Assembly (NCBI RefSeq): GCF_001194135.2
Contig: NC_068997.1
Span: 44,039,037 to 44,078,393 of the forward strand
DNA length: 39,357 nt
Direction of reading: 5' to 3'
Source of the DNA: Octopus bimaculoides
Lineage: Eukaryota
The translations under genes and the position numbers were made by a program. The notes below the pieces were generated by a model. That model did not search any database. It was not told the DNA's origin and saw only the letters and a list, made by a program, of their open reading frames with translations. Shown here one piece after another: positions 1 through 13,070 of the stretch. Numbering within the stretch: position 1 is the stretch's first letter; each line of letters opens with the position of its first letter.

Positions 1-30
1 ATATATATATATATATATATACACATACAC

Positions 31-81
<51 letters not shown>

Positions 82-150
82 AAGAAAGAAAGATAAATAG
101 ATAGATAAGGTCGATCTGTTTGTCTATCTATCTATCTATCTATCTATCAA
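1..150. repeat. (AT)n/(AC)n/(AGAT)n microsatellites
   Basis: Direct reading. Confidence 0.95.
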
Positions 151-521
151 TATACACTTGCACCATGAGCTGTAAAGTGGGATCTGAATTCATAGAAATA
201 TAATGAACCTCAGTATTTGACTGGTATTTCATGTAATTCCACTGGAAAGATGAAAGGTGAAGTTCACATGAACTGAGTTTAAATAGGCCACAAATAAATG
301 ATGCAAGACATTTGTAACACTCTGTCAATCTGTGAAACATGATTTTGCCTAAAGTGAATTGCTAACGTAATTGATTTGAAATTCTACACAGCCTGGAGTC
401 GAAACTGTACCGTAGGCGTGACTCATGGGAAGATTGTCTTTTCTTAATTGTACTTTGAAATGGTTGTTTCTAGAATGTAAACAATTTCATTTTACCGAAC
501 GCGGTATTTCGTAAGTGTAGC

Positions 522-523
<2 letters not shown>

Positions 524-556
<33 letters not shown>

Positions 557-742
557 GAGTACTTGAGTGACAAAGGGTAAGTGAAAACAGTGAGGGAGTG
601 AGAGGAGAGAAAGAGTGAATGAGTGAGAAGAGAGAAAAAAAGAGAAATGGTAAGAGCTTTTAAAGTGACAAAGGATAAGCGAAAACAGTAAGGGAGTGAG
701 AGGAGAGAAAGAGTGAATGAGCGAGAAGAGAGAGGGAGAGAA

Positions 743-831
<89 letters not shown>
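524..831. repeat. (AG)n tract with an embedded duplication of about 98-bp period
   Basis: GTGACAAAGG...GAGAAGAGAGA at about 567-636 and 665-733, between pure AG runs. Confidence 0.9.
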
Positions 832-834
<3 letters not shown>

Positions 835-2014
835 AAAGTAAAACAACAAGACAACTGTGATTTAGTGATATAATTATCGGGTTAATTGAAGGGAAGTCTG
901 TAGCTGGAAAACATAGCAGCAAGCAAATCAACAACTTAACGAATATTCTGTAGCCTCGTTTCGTTAGCCTTTTGTTGCGTCATATCCGTCGTCAGCGACT
1001 ATGACGCAATTATCGTTTCTAGAATTCGAGCTTTCTCGTCTCTTATGGACAAAGCGAATGTCATCGATTTACTTTCAGTTCCGAATACTTTCGTTATTTA
1101 TATAACATTATCGAATATTTTATTAATTAGTTCCCTATTATTTAATTTTATTCACATCTGGGATGCTTTATAGGAATAGTAAACATTCTCCAGAGTTTGG
1201 CTGGTATTTTATTTCATCGATCTCTGTAGGATGGAAGGCTAAGTTGATCCCAGCGTGATTTGAACCCGGGAAACATTTTGTCATGGCACTCTATCTATTC
1301 TGTCATATTATTGAATATTTTCATTTTTTAAACACAAACATAGGTAATGCTGTACAACGTAGGTCCCACGAATTTATTTTCATCATTGAATATATTCGTT
1401 CTTGAAATACTAAATTATTAAAAATAAAGAAATGAACAAAATAAAAATTATTTTTAACGAAAGATATCGCCCACGCTTAAAAAAGTACTCGACTAAAAAC
1501 TCTAAAGCGAACGAGAAACCTCTTGTGGCTCGTTATCAATGATCCTAAATAAAAGCGATGTTTACGGAAGTTTTCTCAAAGTGCTGTTCTGTAAAACGGC
1601 CAATCCGGCACATTATTGGATTGTGTTGGACGACTTGTAACTGGGCTTTGAGAAGCAACATGTCGAAAGTTTCTTCCATAAGAGATGTAAGAAAAGTCCG
1701 GCATTCTTTCCTTTTGACCCGCAGAAACGAAGGAGCGCCAAAAGTCTTAATGTTTCTAGCACCAAAAATGGTTATATGCAGCTACTGGACCAGTGCTTCT
1801 CATCCGGGGTTCATATAACCGTTGGTGGTGGTGAGGGTCCATATATGAGTTTGTTCAAGTTTACGTGCAAGAAATTGGTTATATTTCTGCAATACGCAAA
1901 ATGTTTTAACTACTTTTTTTTTTACACGGTGCATGCGTGGTAAGAAGATTACTTCCCAACCATAAGGTTGCGGGTTCAGTCCCACGACATGGCACCTTGG
2001 GCAAGTATCTTCCA

Positions 2015-2164
2015 AATTCCTGATAATATTTAATTATAAAAATACAACAGAATTTTTAAAACACCGAATGACAATGGAGGTCCAGTAGAGCAAAATAGGA
2101 ATCAAGGGGATCCATTGGTAAAAAAAAAAATTTTTTTAAATAAATAAATGGTTGAGAGTCACTG
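2015..2164. mobile_element. Truncated right half of the same hAT MITE family
   Basis: Similar to about 18046-18148; ends in GTTGAGAGTCACTG (right TIR). A separate orphan hAT-type left TIR CAGGGGTTCCCAAAC lies at 2446-2460. Confidence 0.55.
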
Positions 2165-2673
2165 AACTAGACCATTAAACCGTCAAGATATTTTAATCAC
2201 GGAAGATCGATTTATATAAAATTCTAAATCAGATAAAATATTCTGGAAATATATCGAGGTTAAATTATAACGAAATGCTTCTTGTTTCTTATGATAATCA
2301 ATGTTTGGAGATTTTAGACAACATTCTTTACTTCGTCTTACAATCGTAAAAATGATTTTCAAATAGCAGCGTAGATGGATGGGGGGCGTTATTCCCACCC
2401 GGCGATGCTTTTGTGGAGCCGGCACTTCTGGTCTACTGTTTACGGCAGGGGTTCCCAAACTTTTTAGACCATCGACCGCTTCATGGAATCCTTGACCTCT
2501 CATCGACCTCCAGCCATGTACAAGAAAATAAATAAATTATAATAAGTAGATGTGCGTTTATCGACTCCGACATCTACTTACACATACGACATTGAAACCG
2601 GGCCCATGAGCCTGGCTAGGCTTTAAAAAGGCGCATTTATTTTATTATTTAATTCTTAGTTTAGATGTATAAA

Positions 2674-3044
2674 TAGCGCTGGATTAACCTTTGAGCAAAA
2701 TAAACACGTGCTTGAAGCATAAAGGGGAGCGGGGCATCACAGAAATGGTAAATGTTTTACGGCACAAAAGAAATCGCTTTAAATTTGCTAAGATAATTTC
2801 GAAGTGTTTCGTGGTGTCAGTAAAGATCTTATCAGATTTGCAATTAAAACAGTAGGCGAAAACTTTTCAAATATAAATAAATAAACATTTTCCATCTTAC
2901 TGATAGTTTTGTTTCATTTTGAAAACCAAAAATTTATTTTATGGTTTATTATTGTTTATATTTTGAATTACATATGTACATATATATGGGGGCCCCAAGA
3001 TCTTTTAAGTGCTTAGGGCCTCTATGGGTCTTAACCCGGCCCTG
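2674..3044. mobile_element. Degenerate hAT-like MITE (CAGGGCCGG-type termini)
   Basis: The right end CTTAACCCGGCCCTG and the decayed left end TAGCGCTGGATTAAC are imperfect inverted repeats; the TSD is only partly preserved (TGTA). Confidence 0.5.
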
Positions 3045-3726
3045 TGTAATTTCGGGAAAGAATCATCCAAAATTAGAACGTGACAAATTTGGTCTTATCC
3101 GAGGTGTGGGGGAGCCCTGACCAAGCAGATGTACGATCATAGGCACTCAAACCATGACTACTACGTTCTAAACATTGACCAATGCATCTTTCTCTTTTTA
3201 AGACAGAGTATGGTTTGAGGGATATATATGTGCTATTTCTAGGGGGTCGAGCGACAATGGAGAGACCCATTCTCGTTAACGTGTGATGTATTGTAAGAAA
3301 TATCTTTAAATGACCAGTTTAGTTTTCCCTCAGATTTTTATAAGGAGAGTTCAGAGATATTTCACAAGGCTACTTGGATTAAATACTATTTTCATACCCA
3401 CTTAATCCTGGGAGGGTGGTGGAAGCAGAGTCGTCAAGCACGATTTCGACAGGGTGCTTTCAAAAGCAATTGTTTCCAGTTGAACTGGCTCAATCCCTAA
3501 GCGAGATCAAACAAGCTTATGGATGTTATCCAACCATCTCGCTCGTGGTCTAGCCCGGTAAGACCTGTCCAGCGATTCTTTCCCGAGACATTCTTACCAC
3601 ATGTCCAGAGAAGTAAGATCATTGATGGTTTGAGTTTGGTGCATAACATAATAACCTAGATAATATTTCACATGAAAACATCGATAACCCTTTTTTTTAC
3701 CGAGAATCGTTGAATAAAGGAATAAA

Positions 3727-4017
3727 CGGTAAATGTTCAGATTAACACCCGCACGATCTTCACTAGGGTGTTGGGGTTAGGGTTTTAGGGTCATGGTTAG
3801 GGTTTTAGGGTCAAGGTTAGGGTTTAGGGTTAGTTTTAGGGTTAGGGTTAGGGTTAGGGTTTAGAGTTAGGGTTAGTGTTAGGGTTAGGACCAGGGTTAG
3901 GGTTAGAGACGGAATTCTCCAATCCTAAAACCCTAACCGTAACTGTAACCCTAAACCGTAACCCTAACCCTAAAACCCTAGTGAAAATCGTGCGGGTGTT
4001 AATCTGAAAATTTACCG
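3727..4017. mobile_element. Foldback/MITE-like element with internal telomeric repeat arrays
   Basis: TIRs at 3727-3769 and 3975-4017 (41/43 identical); AATAAA duplicated at 3721-3726 and 4018-4023; TTAGGG-type array at about 3770-3906 and CCCTAA-type array at about 3922-3980. Confidence 0.9.
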
Positions 4018-4939
4018 AATAAACTATCAAATATTATAATTTCACGGACTCTCTTTTCATCATCATCGTCGTCGTTTTAACGTCTACTTTATCATGCTTG
4101 CATGGCTCAGACGTAATTCGTTGAGGCAGATTTTCTACAGCTGGACGCTCTTTCTGTCGCTAACCCCCACTCGTTTACAAGCAAAACTTTACCCCGTGAT
4201 CAGACGTTTTCTCAAGGAAGTTTAGAAACGAACAGCGCTTGTATGACAGTGATGCTCGATTACAACCATCACGTGATGTCAAGACAAAAATTCACACATA
4301 TATGTATACACACGCACACATATACATACATACATACATACATACATACATACATACATACATACATACATACATAAATGAAACTGAAACCACATGGTTA
4401 GCCACGCCCATGCTTTTTATATTTAAAAACTGTAAATGGGAAACAATTTTAAAAAGCTTTAGGTCGATCATCTTGCCTTTGTTAGCTACGTTAATTTTTA
4501 TTAAATCATTTTTGATGGATGGGTAATAAAGTGCCTAGAAGAAAAAAAAAACACAATTTTGACTAATAAATGTCACATTTAATTTTTTTTATGTATAATA
4601 ATTAAAATAATAAACTATTTTAAGTTGTTTCAAATTAATTGAAAATACCTGACCCGTCTGTACATAATTATGACAACACAATTTATATAATGGTAATACA
4701 TGTGTATGAAGAAAATTACGTTTTATTCAATATTTCAAATAAAGCAATAGCACCAAAAGAAAAACAAAAACAAAAAAAATGAAACATTAAGTCATTTGCT
4801 GAAGTTTTCCTGTGACCTTTCTCCTGGATTCCATCGAAGCAACTGTTGCACCAGAAAACTAAACCGGCTTCTCACTGCTAATTTACAATAAATACATAAA
4901 TGCATGCCAGGCCGCACACGCACATAATGTATTTTTTGT

Positions 4940-5001
4940 TATATATATGTGTGTGCGCATATATATAAATATATATATATAAACACACACGCATATATAC
5001 A

Positions 5002-5035
<34 letters not shown>

Positions 5036-5256
5036 GATAGATACACAGAAGTTACACACGCACACGCGTGATATATATATATATATAGTACACGTGTATA
5101 TTTTTCTTCTGGTAAAATATTTTTCACGCCGCTACAACTATCATTATTGCCGATTGAATATATAAACAAATTTATTAACATAAAGCAATAACCCTTTCAT
5201 AAATTATGCACGTATACACACGCACGCACACACATACACGCACACACACACACGCA

Positions 5257-5307
<51 letters not shown>

Positions 5308-5310
5308 CTT
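4940..5310. repeat. Compound (TA)/(CA)/(TG) microsatellite block upstream of the hsc70 promoter
   Basis: Direct reading. Confidence 0.9.
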
Positions 5311-5649
5311 ACTCGCACACATTTATGCGTGTGTAACAATTATACACTCCTGCCTTTTGGATGGTTCGAGAATACATAGTCTTCAGACACAACACACACA
5401 CACATATGCATGCATGTATCGTACGAGGGATGGTAGGAGAAAAGTGAAATGAGGTATTCATGTGCTGTTTTTATAATTTAACGAGCGTAATAAAGGACAT
5501 GTGACTGTCATTTACAACAAATATTCACTAAGCTAATGACAAAATACTGGGCTGCATGGTCGAGCATATAGTGTGTTTATTGTTAAGGAGAAGGATGGAA
5601 AATATAATTTTTTTTTCAAATTTAAAAAAAAAGAAAAAAAAAACCTTCG

Positions 5650-5709
5650 CTTCCAGAACGTTCTGCTGCGTGTTGATTGGTTAATACAAGTGACGTCATT
5701 GAATCAGTT
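5650..5709 (+). promoter_or_regulatory. hsc70 core promoter: perfect 3-unit heat-shock element, inverted CCAAT box, CRE, Inr
   Basis: cTTCcaGAAcgTTCt at 5650-5664; ATTGG at 5676-5680; TGACGTCA at 5691-5698; TCAGTT at 5704-5709; locally CpG-enriched. Confidence 0.85.
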
Positions 5710-5810
5710 TCAGCCAAACCTCAACGAGAAGTCGTCAGTCTTTTCAGACATTGCTTCACTTGCAATTGGTCTACTGTCGCCGAAGCTCCGTGCTTGAGAA
5801 GGCAATTGAG
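5706..5810 (+). other. hsc70: Predicted non-coding first exon (5' UTR) of hsc70; intron 1 = 5811-7989
   Basis: Inr-like TCAGTT at 5704-5709, donor GAG|GTATTT at 5810/5811, and acceptor TTTCCAG ending at 7989, one base before the ATG. A 5'-UTR intron is typical of hsc70 genes. Confidence 0.7.
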
Positions 5811-7990
5811 GTATTTCGCAAGCTATTATTTATCTATTTATATTCTTAACGGGTTCCTTGGATCTTTCACTACATTTTTGTGCAAACATTTATATTGATT
5901 CCTGCTTTTTTTTTTACGATCTTCTTCTGCTAGCCTCGAATATATTTCTGCTTGTTACCGTTTTATGATTCTCGAACCATCTTTTCTCGTTTTCTGTCTC
6001 CCTTCCTTCTTCTTTATCGTTTGATCTCAAATCCGTCGCTTAATTTATCATGTACATAATCATTATTTTTAATATTAATATACCTTGTTTAACAACATTG
6101 AACGAGGAAAACGATAAAAGAGAGTTCATAAGCAGCAATAATAACTTAACCATTCCACCGCTCTGCCGATTCCAGAACCATCTTGTATTGATTTGGCGTC
6201 GTTCTTCGCTTCTTACATTGTTGTCTTTTATAAATATTTATTGTCTTCAACTAAAAGCGCCGAGAAGAAACTAATGAGTGCCACAGCATATGTTTACATC
6301 CTTTAATCTGTCAGTGAATATCTAAATATTTCACATGAAACGGTTCCTCACCATTATTGTGGAAGAGAAACCATTATTATGGTTTCATGGTTTCTCTTCT
6401 ATTTTTCTATTTTCCATCTCAGCGAGAAACACAACTATTATCATAACAAAACCCCTAAACTATGTTCTAATGATAAACACACCACATTAATATACAAACT
6501 ACACAAATGTGTCTGTTCAAGATTCCTTCTCGTCTTCGCCATTAATAAGTTTCCTTCGAAGTCACTTACATAGAAGTATAGAATTTTGTTTACGTTTGTA
6601 ATTCTTTGTGGGAATATTCTTTAAATATTATTCGTTACAATTAATTTAAGCATGTCGCTGTTAATGTAATGTTTATAGTTATGAAGAATTTCTGAAGAAT
6701 TTTTTGAAATCAAAGCTTTGGAAGCGCTTGGAATGTTCTTCGGTTCGCCTCATGCTGTGTGTGATATAACTGCTACTGCTGCCAAGTCTGGCTAGAAAGG
6801 AAATCTAATCAGGTGTATGTGTGTGTATATATATATATGATAGTGTTGTATCTGTTGTAAATGCTTAATGGTGAAAGAATGAAACGTTATCTTGCAGTGT
6901 CGAACTTAAACTGTCAAAGAAAACCATCTGGAATTTTTTGGGGTTTTTTTTTTTTTTTTTCAAAGTGAATCCGGAACTTAAATGAAGGTTGACAATTAAA
7001 ACCTGGAGCCACATAGCATCTTAATTGCTACTTTCATGGTTCTTCCCTTCCTGCATATATGTCTTTTGACAGTGCTAGCAAAAATGAGGGTAGGAGGTTT
7101 TAGTTGGTACCATTAAATTCCTAGTACTTGTTGGCAGGTACTTTACTTAATCGATCCCGGAAGAATGAAAGGCAAGGTTTATTATCTCAACAGGATTTGA
7201 ACTCAGAATGTAAAGAGCCAGAACATAAACCGCAAGGAATTTTTTCCGACGCTCTAACGATTCTGCTATCACTTCGCCTTATTTAAACCGACATCTGAGA
7301 AGACTTGTTTTCTCAGTTTTTCAACAGTTTGAAAACATCTTTTCACATGGAATTTCATAAATATAGATGTTTGATTCTGCATTTACAGTGTAAGATGCAT
7401 TTTCGGCGATCGTTTATGAAAGCAGCAAAGTAACTGGATAGCCTTACATGTTTTATGATCAAGTGTATATGTATGTTGTGGTCGAAGTAAGTTTCGAAGA
7501 TTGTTACAGTTTGGTTATGAAGGAATTTTGAATAGATCTATCTTGAAGCATGCTAATGTAGTTAGCATTCTTGTATATCTGTGGATTATTTTTTATTATT
7601 AAATGTCACCGTCCTAATGTCAGTATTGAAAGTCGTTGTTAAGTAGGACAAGTTGATTTAGATTGAAACAAACGCCTTGTTCTGTTTTCGTTAACGTTTT
7701 TTGTTTTTAATATTTTTTTAATATCCGCCTTCAGTTTTCCGTTAAGTTTCATTGAACAAAAGCTTATTTCTCAAATTATGTGGGGAAAAATTCGGATCTT
7801 GTGATTTTTTCCGAAGTCCTCTCCCAACAGCCCGTTACTTTCTGTGCACTTTTGTTTTCATATTCGTTTCCTACACATTCTTTTTTTACACCCATTGCAC
7901 AATTTTATTCATTTCGTTTCCGGGTAATATTGTAAACATTGACCCAAGTAATTATGTGAATTAAAAAAAAATTTTTTTTTTCTTTCCAGA

Positions 7991-10658
<2,668 letters not shown>

Positions 10659-11061
10659 AACCTTTTTCATTCTATATTCTGGGCACATCACATTGCTTCC
10701 CTCTTATATTTATTTTAACATTTTTTATATAAGTTTTTCAATGAAAATTAAGCTCTCTCAGCATTGAGAGTTCATTTGTCTAAGCTTTAAATTAGGTGCA
10801 CATTTCACTTGCATCTTCACTCTAGCAGTATAAAGTTTTATTTCTCTTATATATGTAAAACAACTTATAGCTTTGTTTATTGTTTATAGAATTCTTTAGG
10901 ACTAGTAAACATAATCCTACTAATTATATTTAACTTTATAGGGCTCTATTTTATGCCAAAATCACATTTCCCCCCTTTCTACAAAGAAATTGCTTAAAAA
11001 TTTTAATTTAATAGTTGTCAAACTCCAATTGTTAATGCTGAAAAAAAAATTCTCTGATTCA

Positions 11062-11067
11062 AATAAA
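11062..11067 (+). terminator. Candidate hsc70 polyadenylation signal
   Basis: First canonical AATAAA downstream of the stop at 10658. Variants TATAAA (about 10830) and AGTAAA (about 10905) occur earlier. Confidence 0.4.
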
Positions 11068-11243
11068 ATATAAAATTTAATCATTGTTTCAGCTCGGTTT
11101 TTTTGTCCTTTTATTATTTTTTTTTTGCTATCAATATATGTATCACTAAGGGCCAGCAACACCTTTGTTAGACTGAGAATTCTTACGAGAAACTTAAACA
11201 AAAGCGATTCTATTTAGTGATTGTCCTCAAAGCAAGAATGATT

Positions 11244-12466
11244 TTATTCTGCTAAAAGTACCAGTAAAATTTCTCTTGAATCAAAACACCTGAAAAGTAC
11301 ATTTTGTGTATCTGGGACTAGACTTGCATGAAGACTGAAATGATAAAAAGCTGTACGAAAATATAAGACAACAATATACTTTGACACATTTATTTAAACT
11401 TCAGACAAAAACAGCTTATTTCACTGGAAGTTTCCTTAATAAACCTTGTACATCCAGCTGTAGAAACTCTGCCAAATCAGACTGGAGCCTGGTGTTGCCA
11501 TCCGGTTTCACCAGTCCTCAGTCAAATCGTCCAACCCATGCTAGCATGGAAAGCGGACGTTAAACGATGATGATGATGATGATGATGTACATCATACATG
11601 GTATTGTTTAAGAACTTATCCATACTTTGTACAAAGTCAAGACTTGTGAATTGGTTCCATATTTCTTCATCCACATAAGGTTTTTCCATTTGGTTTGTGC
11701 AAGCTAGCACACTGAGGTTATAGTCAACTTTTTTCTCTAATGCATCAATGTTGTTCCAGATATCTTTCTTTGGGTCAAGGCCTGCTCTCTGAAAGAGTTA
11801 GTTTTAGAATTTGTTAATAGGCACTGTACAATAAGGAACATAACTAGAATACAGGCAGGTGAGTTATTAACTAGTACCCACAATTAACTTTCTCTGGGAT
11901 TTAATATATAAAAGCAGTAATTTAATTTAATTATATCGATTCCATTTATACAAGATGTCTTGGTGTATTGATTGTGTTGACAAAAACACAGAAGTTTGAA
12001 CATGTGATATACTGATTATGTGTACCAGCAGTGTTTACCTTCCTGTGTGGCTTTGTATAATTTCTGCAAAGGTACAAGGTAAGAAACTTTTTTTGTTTTT
12101 TGTAGAATTAGTTTTGCTTTAACTTAAGATATCCATTTTACATTTGGTTTTTCTCTTTATAATCCCTGTCTACAACCGTGACCCTACATTTGGTTTTTCT
12201 CTTTATAATCCCTGTCTACAACCGTGACCCTAAAATCCTGTTTGGATGAAATAGTGAAAAGGATATCTTACATATTGCTTTTTCTTCTTCATTCTTTTCT
12301 TTTGAATTATTTCTGCCAAAGTTAAACCTTCTGGCTTTTTAGTTTTCTCTTGTTTATGAGTCTGTGGATTAAACAACTTGTTGTATTTATCCAGTTCAGT
12401 TTTGGTATGGTCCTGAAGCTTCTTGCTTAATTTTTCCTTTGATAGTTTCTGACCTTTTTTAGCCAT
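11244..12466 (-). CDS. Uncharacterised Lys-rich protein, about 158 aa; complement join(12466-12272,11788-11598,11334-11244)
   Basis: Acceptor TTTCAG|A ATG, donor TAT|GTAAGA, acceptor CTTTCAG|AGA, donor AT|GTATGA, acceptor ATTTCAG|T. Phases 0 and 2 join to MAKKGQKLSKEKL...KKKQY-RAGLDPKKDIWNNIDALEKKVDYNLSVLACTNQMEKPYVDEEIWNQFTSLDFVQSMDKFLNNTI-LHASLVPDTQNVLFRCFDSREILLVLLAE*. Family not recognised, and the last exon is less certain. Confidence 0.75.
11455..11585 (+). mobile_element. 5'-truncated retroposon with (GAT)n tail (family A, RTE-like 3' end), lying in intron 2 of the - strand gene
   Basis: 8-bp TSD TGTACATC at 11447-11454 and 11586-11593; near-identical to copies at 21040-21178, 21691-21959(-), 24478-24750(-) and 25262-25535. 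Confidence 0.85.
12139..12232. repeat. Perfect 46-bp tandem duplication
   Basis: TACATTTGGTTTTTCTCTTTATAATCCCTGTCTACAACCGTGACCC x2, plus TA. Confidence 0.95.
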
Positions 12467-12509
12467 TCTGAAATAGTAAATAGTTTTAAAATTTCTTTTG
12501 ATAGCTGTT

Positions 12510-13070
12510 TAGCCACAGGTGTGGTAAGAAGTTTGCTCCCCAACCACAATACCAAGTTCAGTCCCACTGCATGGTGCCTTTGGGCAAGTGTCTTCTATAG
12601 CCTTAGGAGTAGATTTGGTGTGTGTATGTTGCTTGACAGTGGAGGCGTGTGGCTTAGTGGTTAGTGTTGGCACCATGATCGTAAGGTTGTGGTTTCGATT
12701 CCTAGACGGGGCGACGCGTTGTGTTCTTGAGCAAAACACTTCATTTCACATTGCTCCAGTCCACTGAGTAACACTGCGATGGACTGGCATCTCATCCGGC
12801 TGGGGAACACATAAGCCATTGAAACCGGGAAACAGGGCCCATGAGCTTGGCTAGGCTTTAAAAGGGCACATTTATTATTATTTATGTTGCTTGACAACCA
12901 GTGTTGGTGTGTGTGTATGTCCCTGTAACTTAGTGGTTTGGCAAAAGTGACTGATAAAGTACAAGGCTCAAAAAAATGTACTGGGGTTGATTAGTTGGAC
13001 CAATGATTCAAGGAGGTACCCCAGTATGATCATAGTCTGACTAAAACTAGTAAAAGACAAACAAAGATGG
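12510..13070 (+). mobile_element. tRNA-derived SINE (family B: CCCAACCAC...GTTCAGTCCCACTG...CAGCATGGCC...GTAAAAGA), split by the 12639 insertion
   Basis: Head and tail shared with many copies in the window (1927-2013, 13540-13840, 18190-19480, 34200-34370, 35830-36125, 38650-39220). Confidence 0.7.
12639..12882 (+). mobile_element. Full-length tRNA-derived SINE nested in another SINE
   Basis: A box TGGCTTAGTGG, B box GTTTCGATTCC, (TTA)n tail; 14-bp TSD TATGTTGCTTGACA at 12625-12638 and 12883-12896. A 3' fragment of the same family lies at about 2581-2650. Confidence 0.85.

Noticed and set aside
487-934. SL/LS-repeat ORFs of 64-137 aa
   Set aside because: Translations of the (CT)n microsatellite.
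1558-1890. GC-richer island with short ORFs on both strands
   Set aside because: No recognisable domain and no consistent splice pair; probably an old repeat fragment.
3770-3980. True chromosome end or ancient telomere fusion site
   Set aside because: The arrays are short and enclosed by TIRs with a TSD, which points to insertion rather than fusion.
5852-5870. TTCCTTGGAT resembling U14 snoRNA domain B in hsc70 intron 1
   Set aside because: No C box, D box or domain A nearby; a 10-nt match only.
12639-12720. tRNA genes at SINE heads (also about 23240-23317 and 33975-34060)
   Set aside because: A/B boxes are present but there is no full cloverleaf, and each continues into a SINE body and tail.
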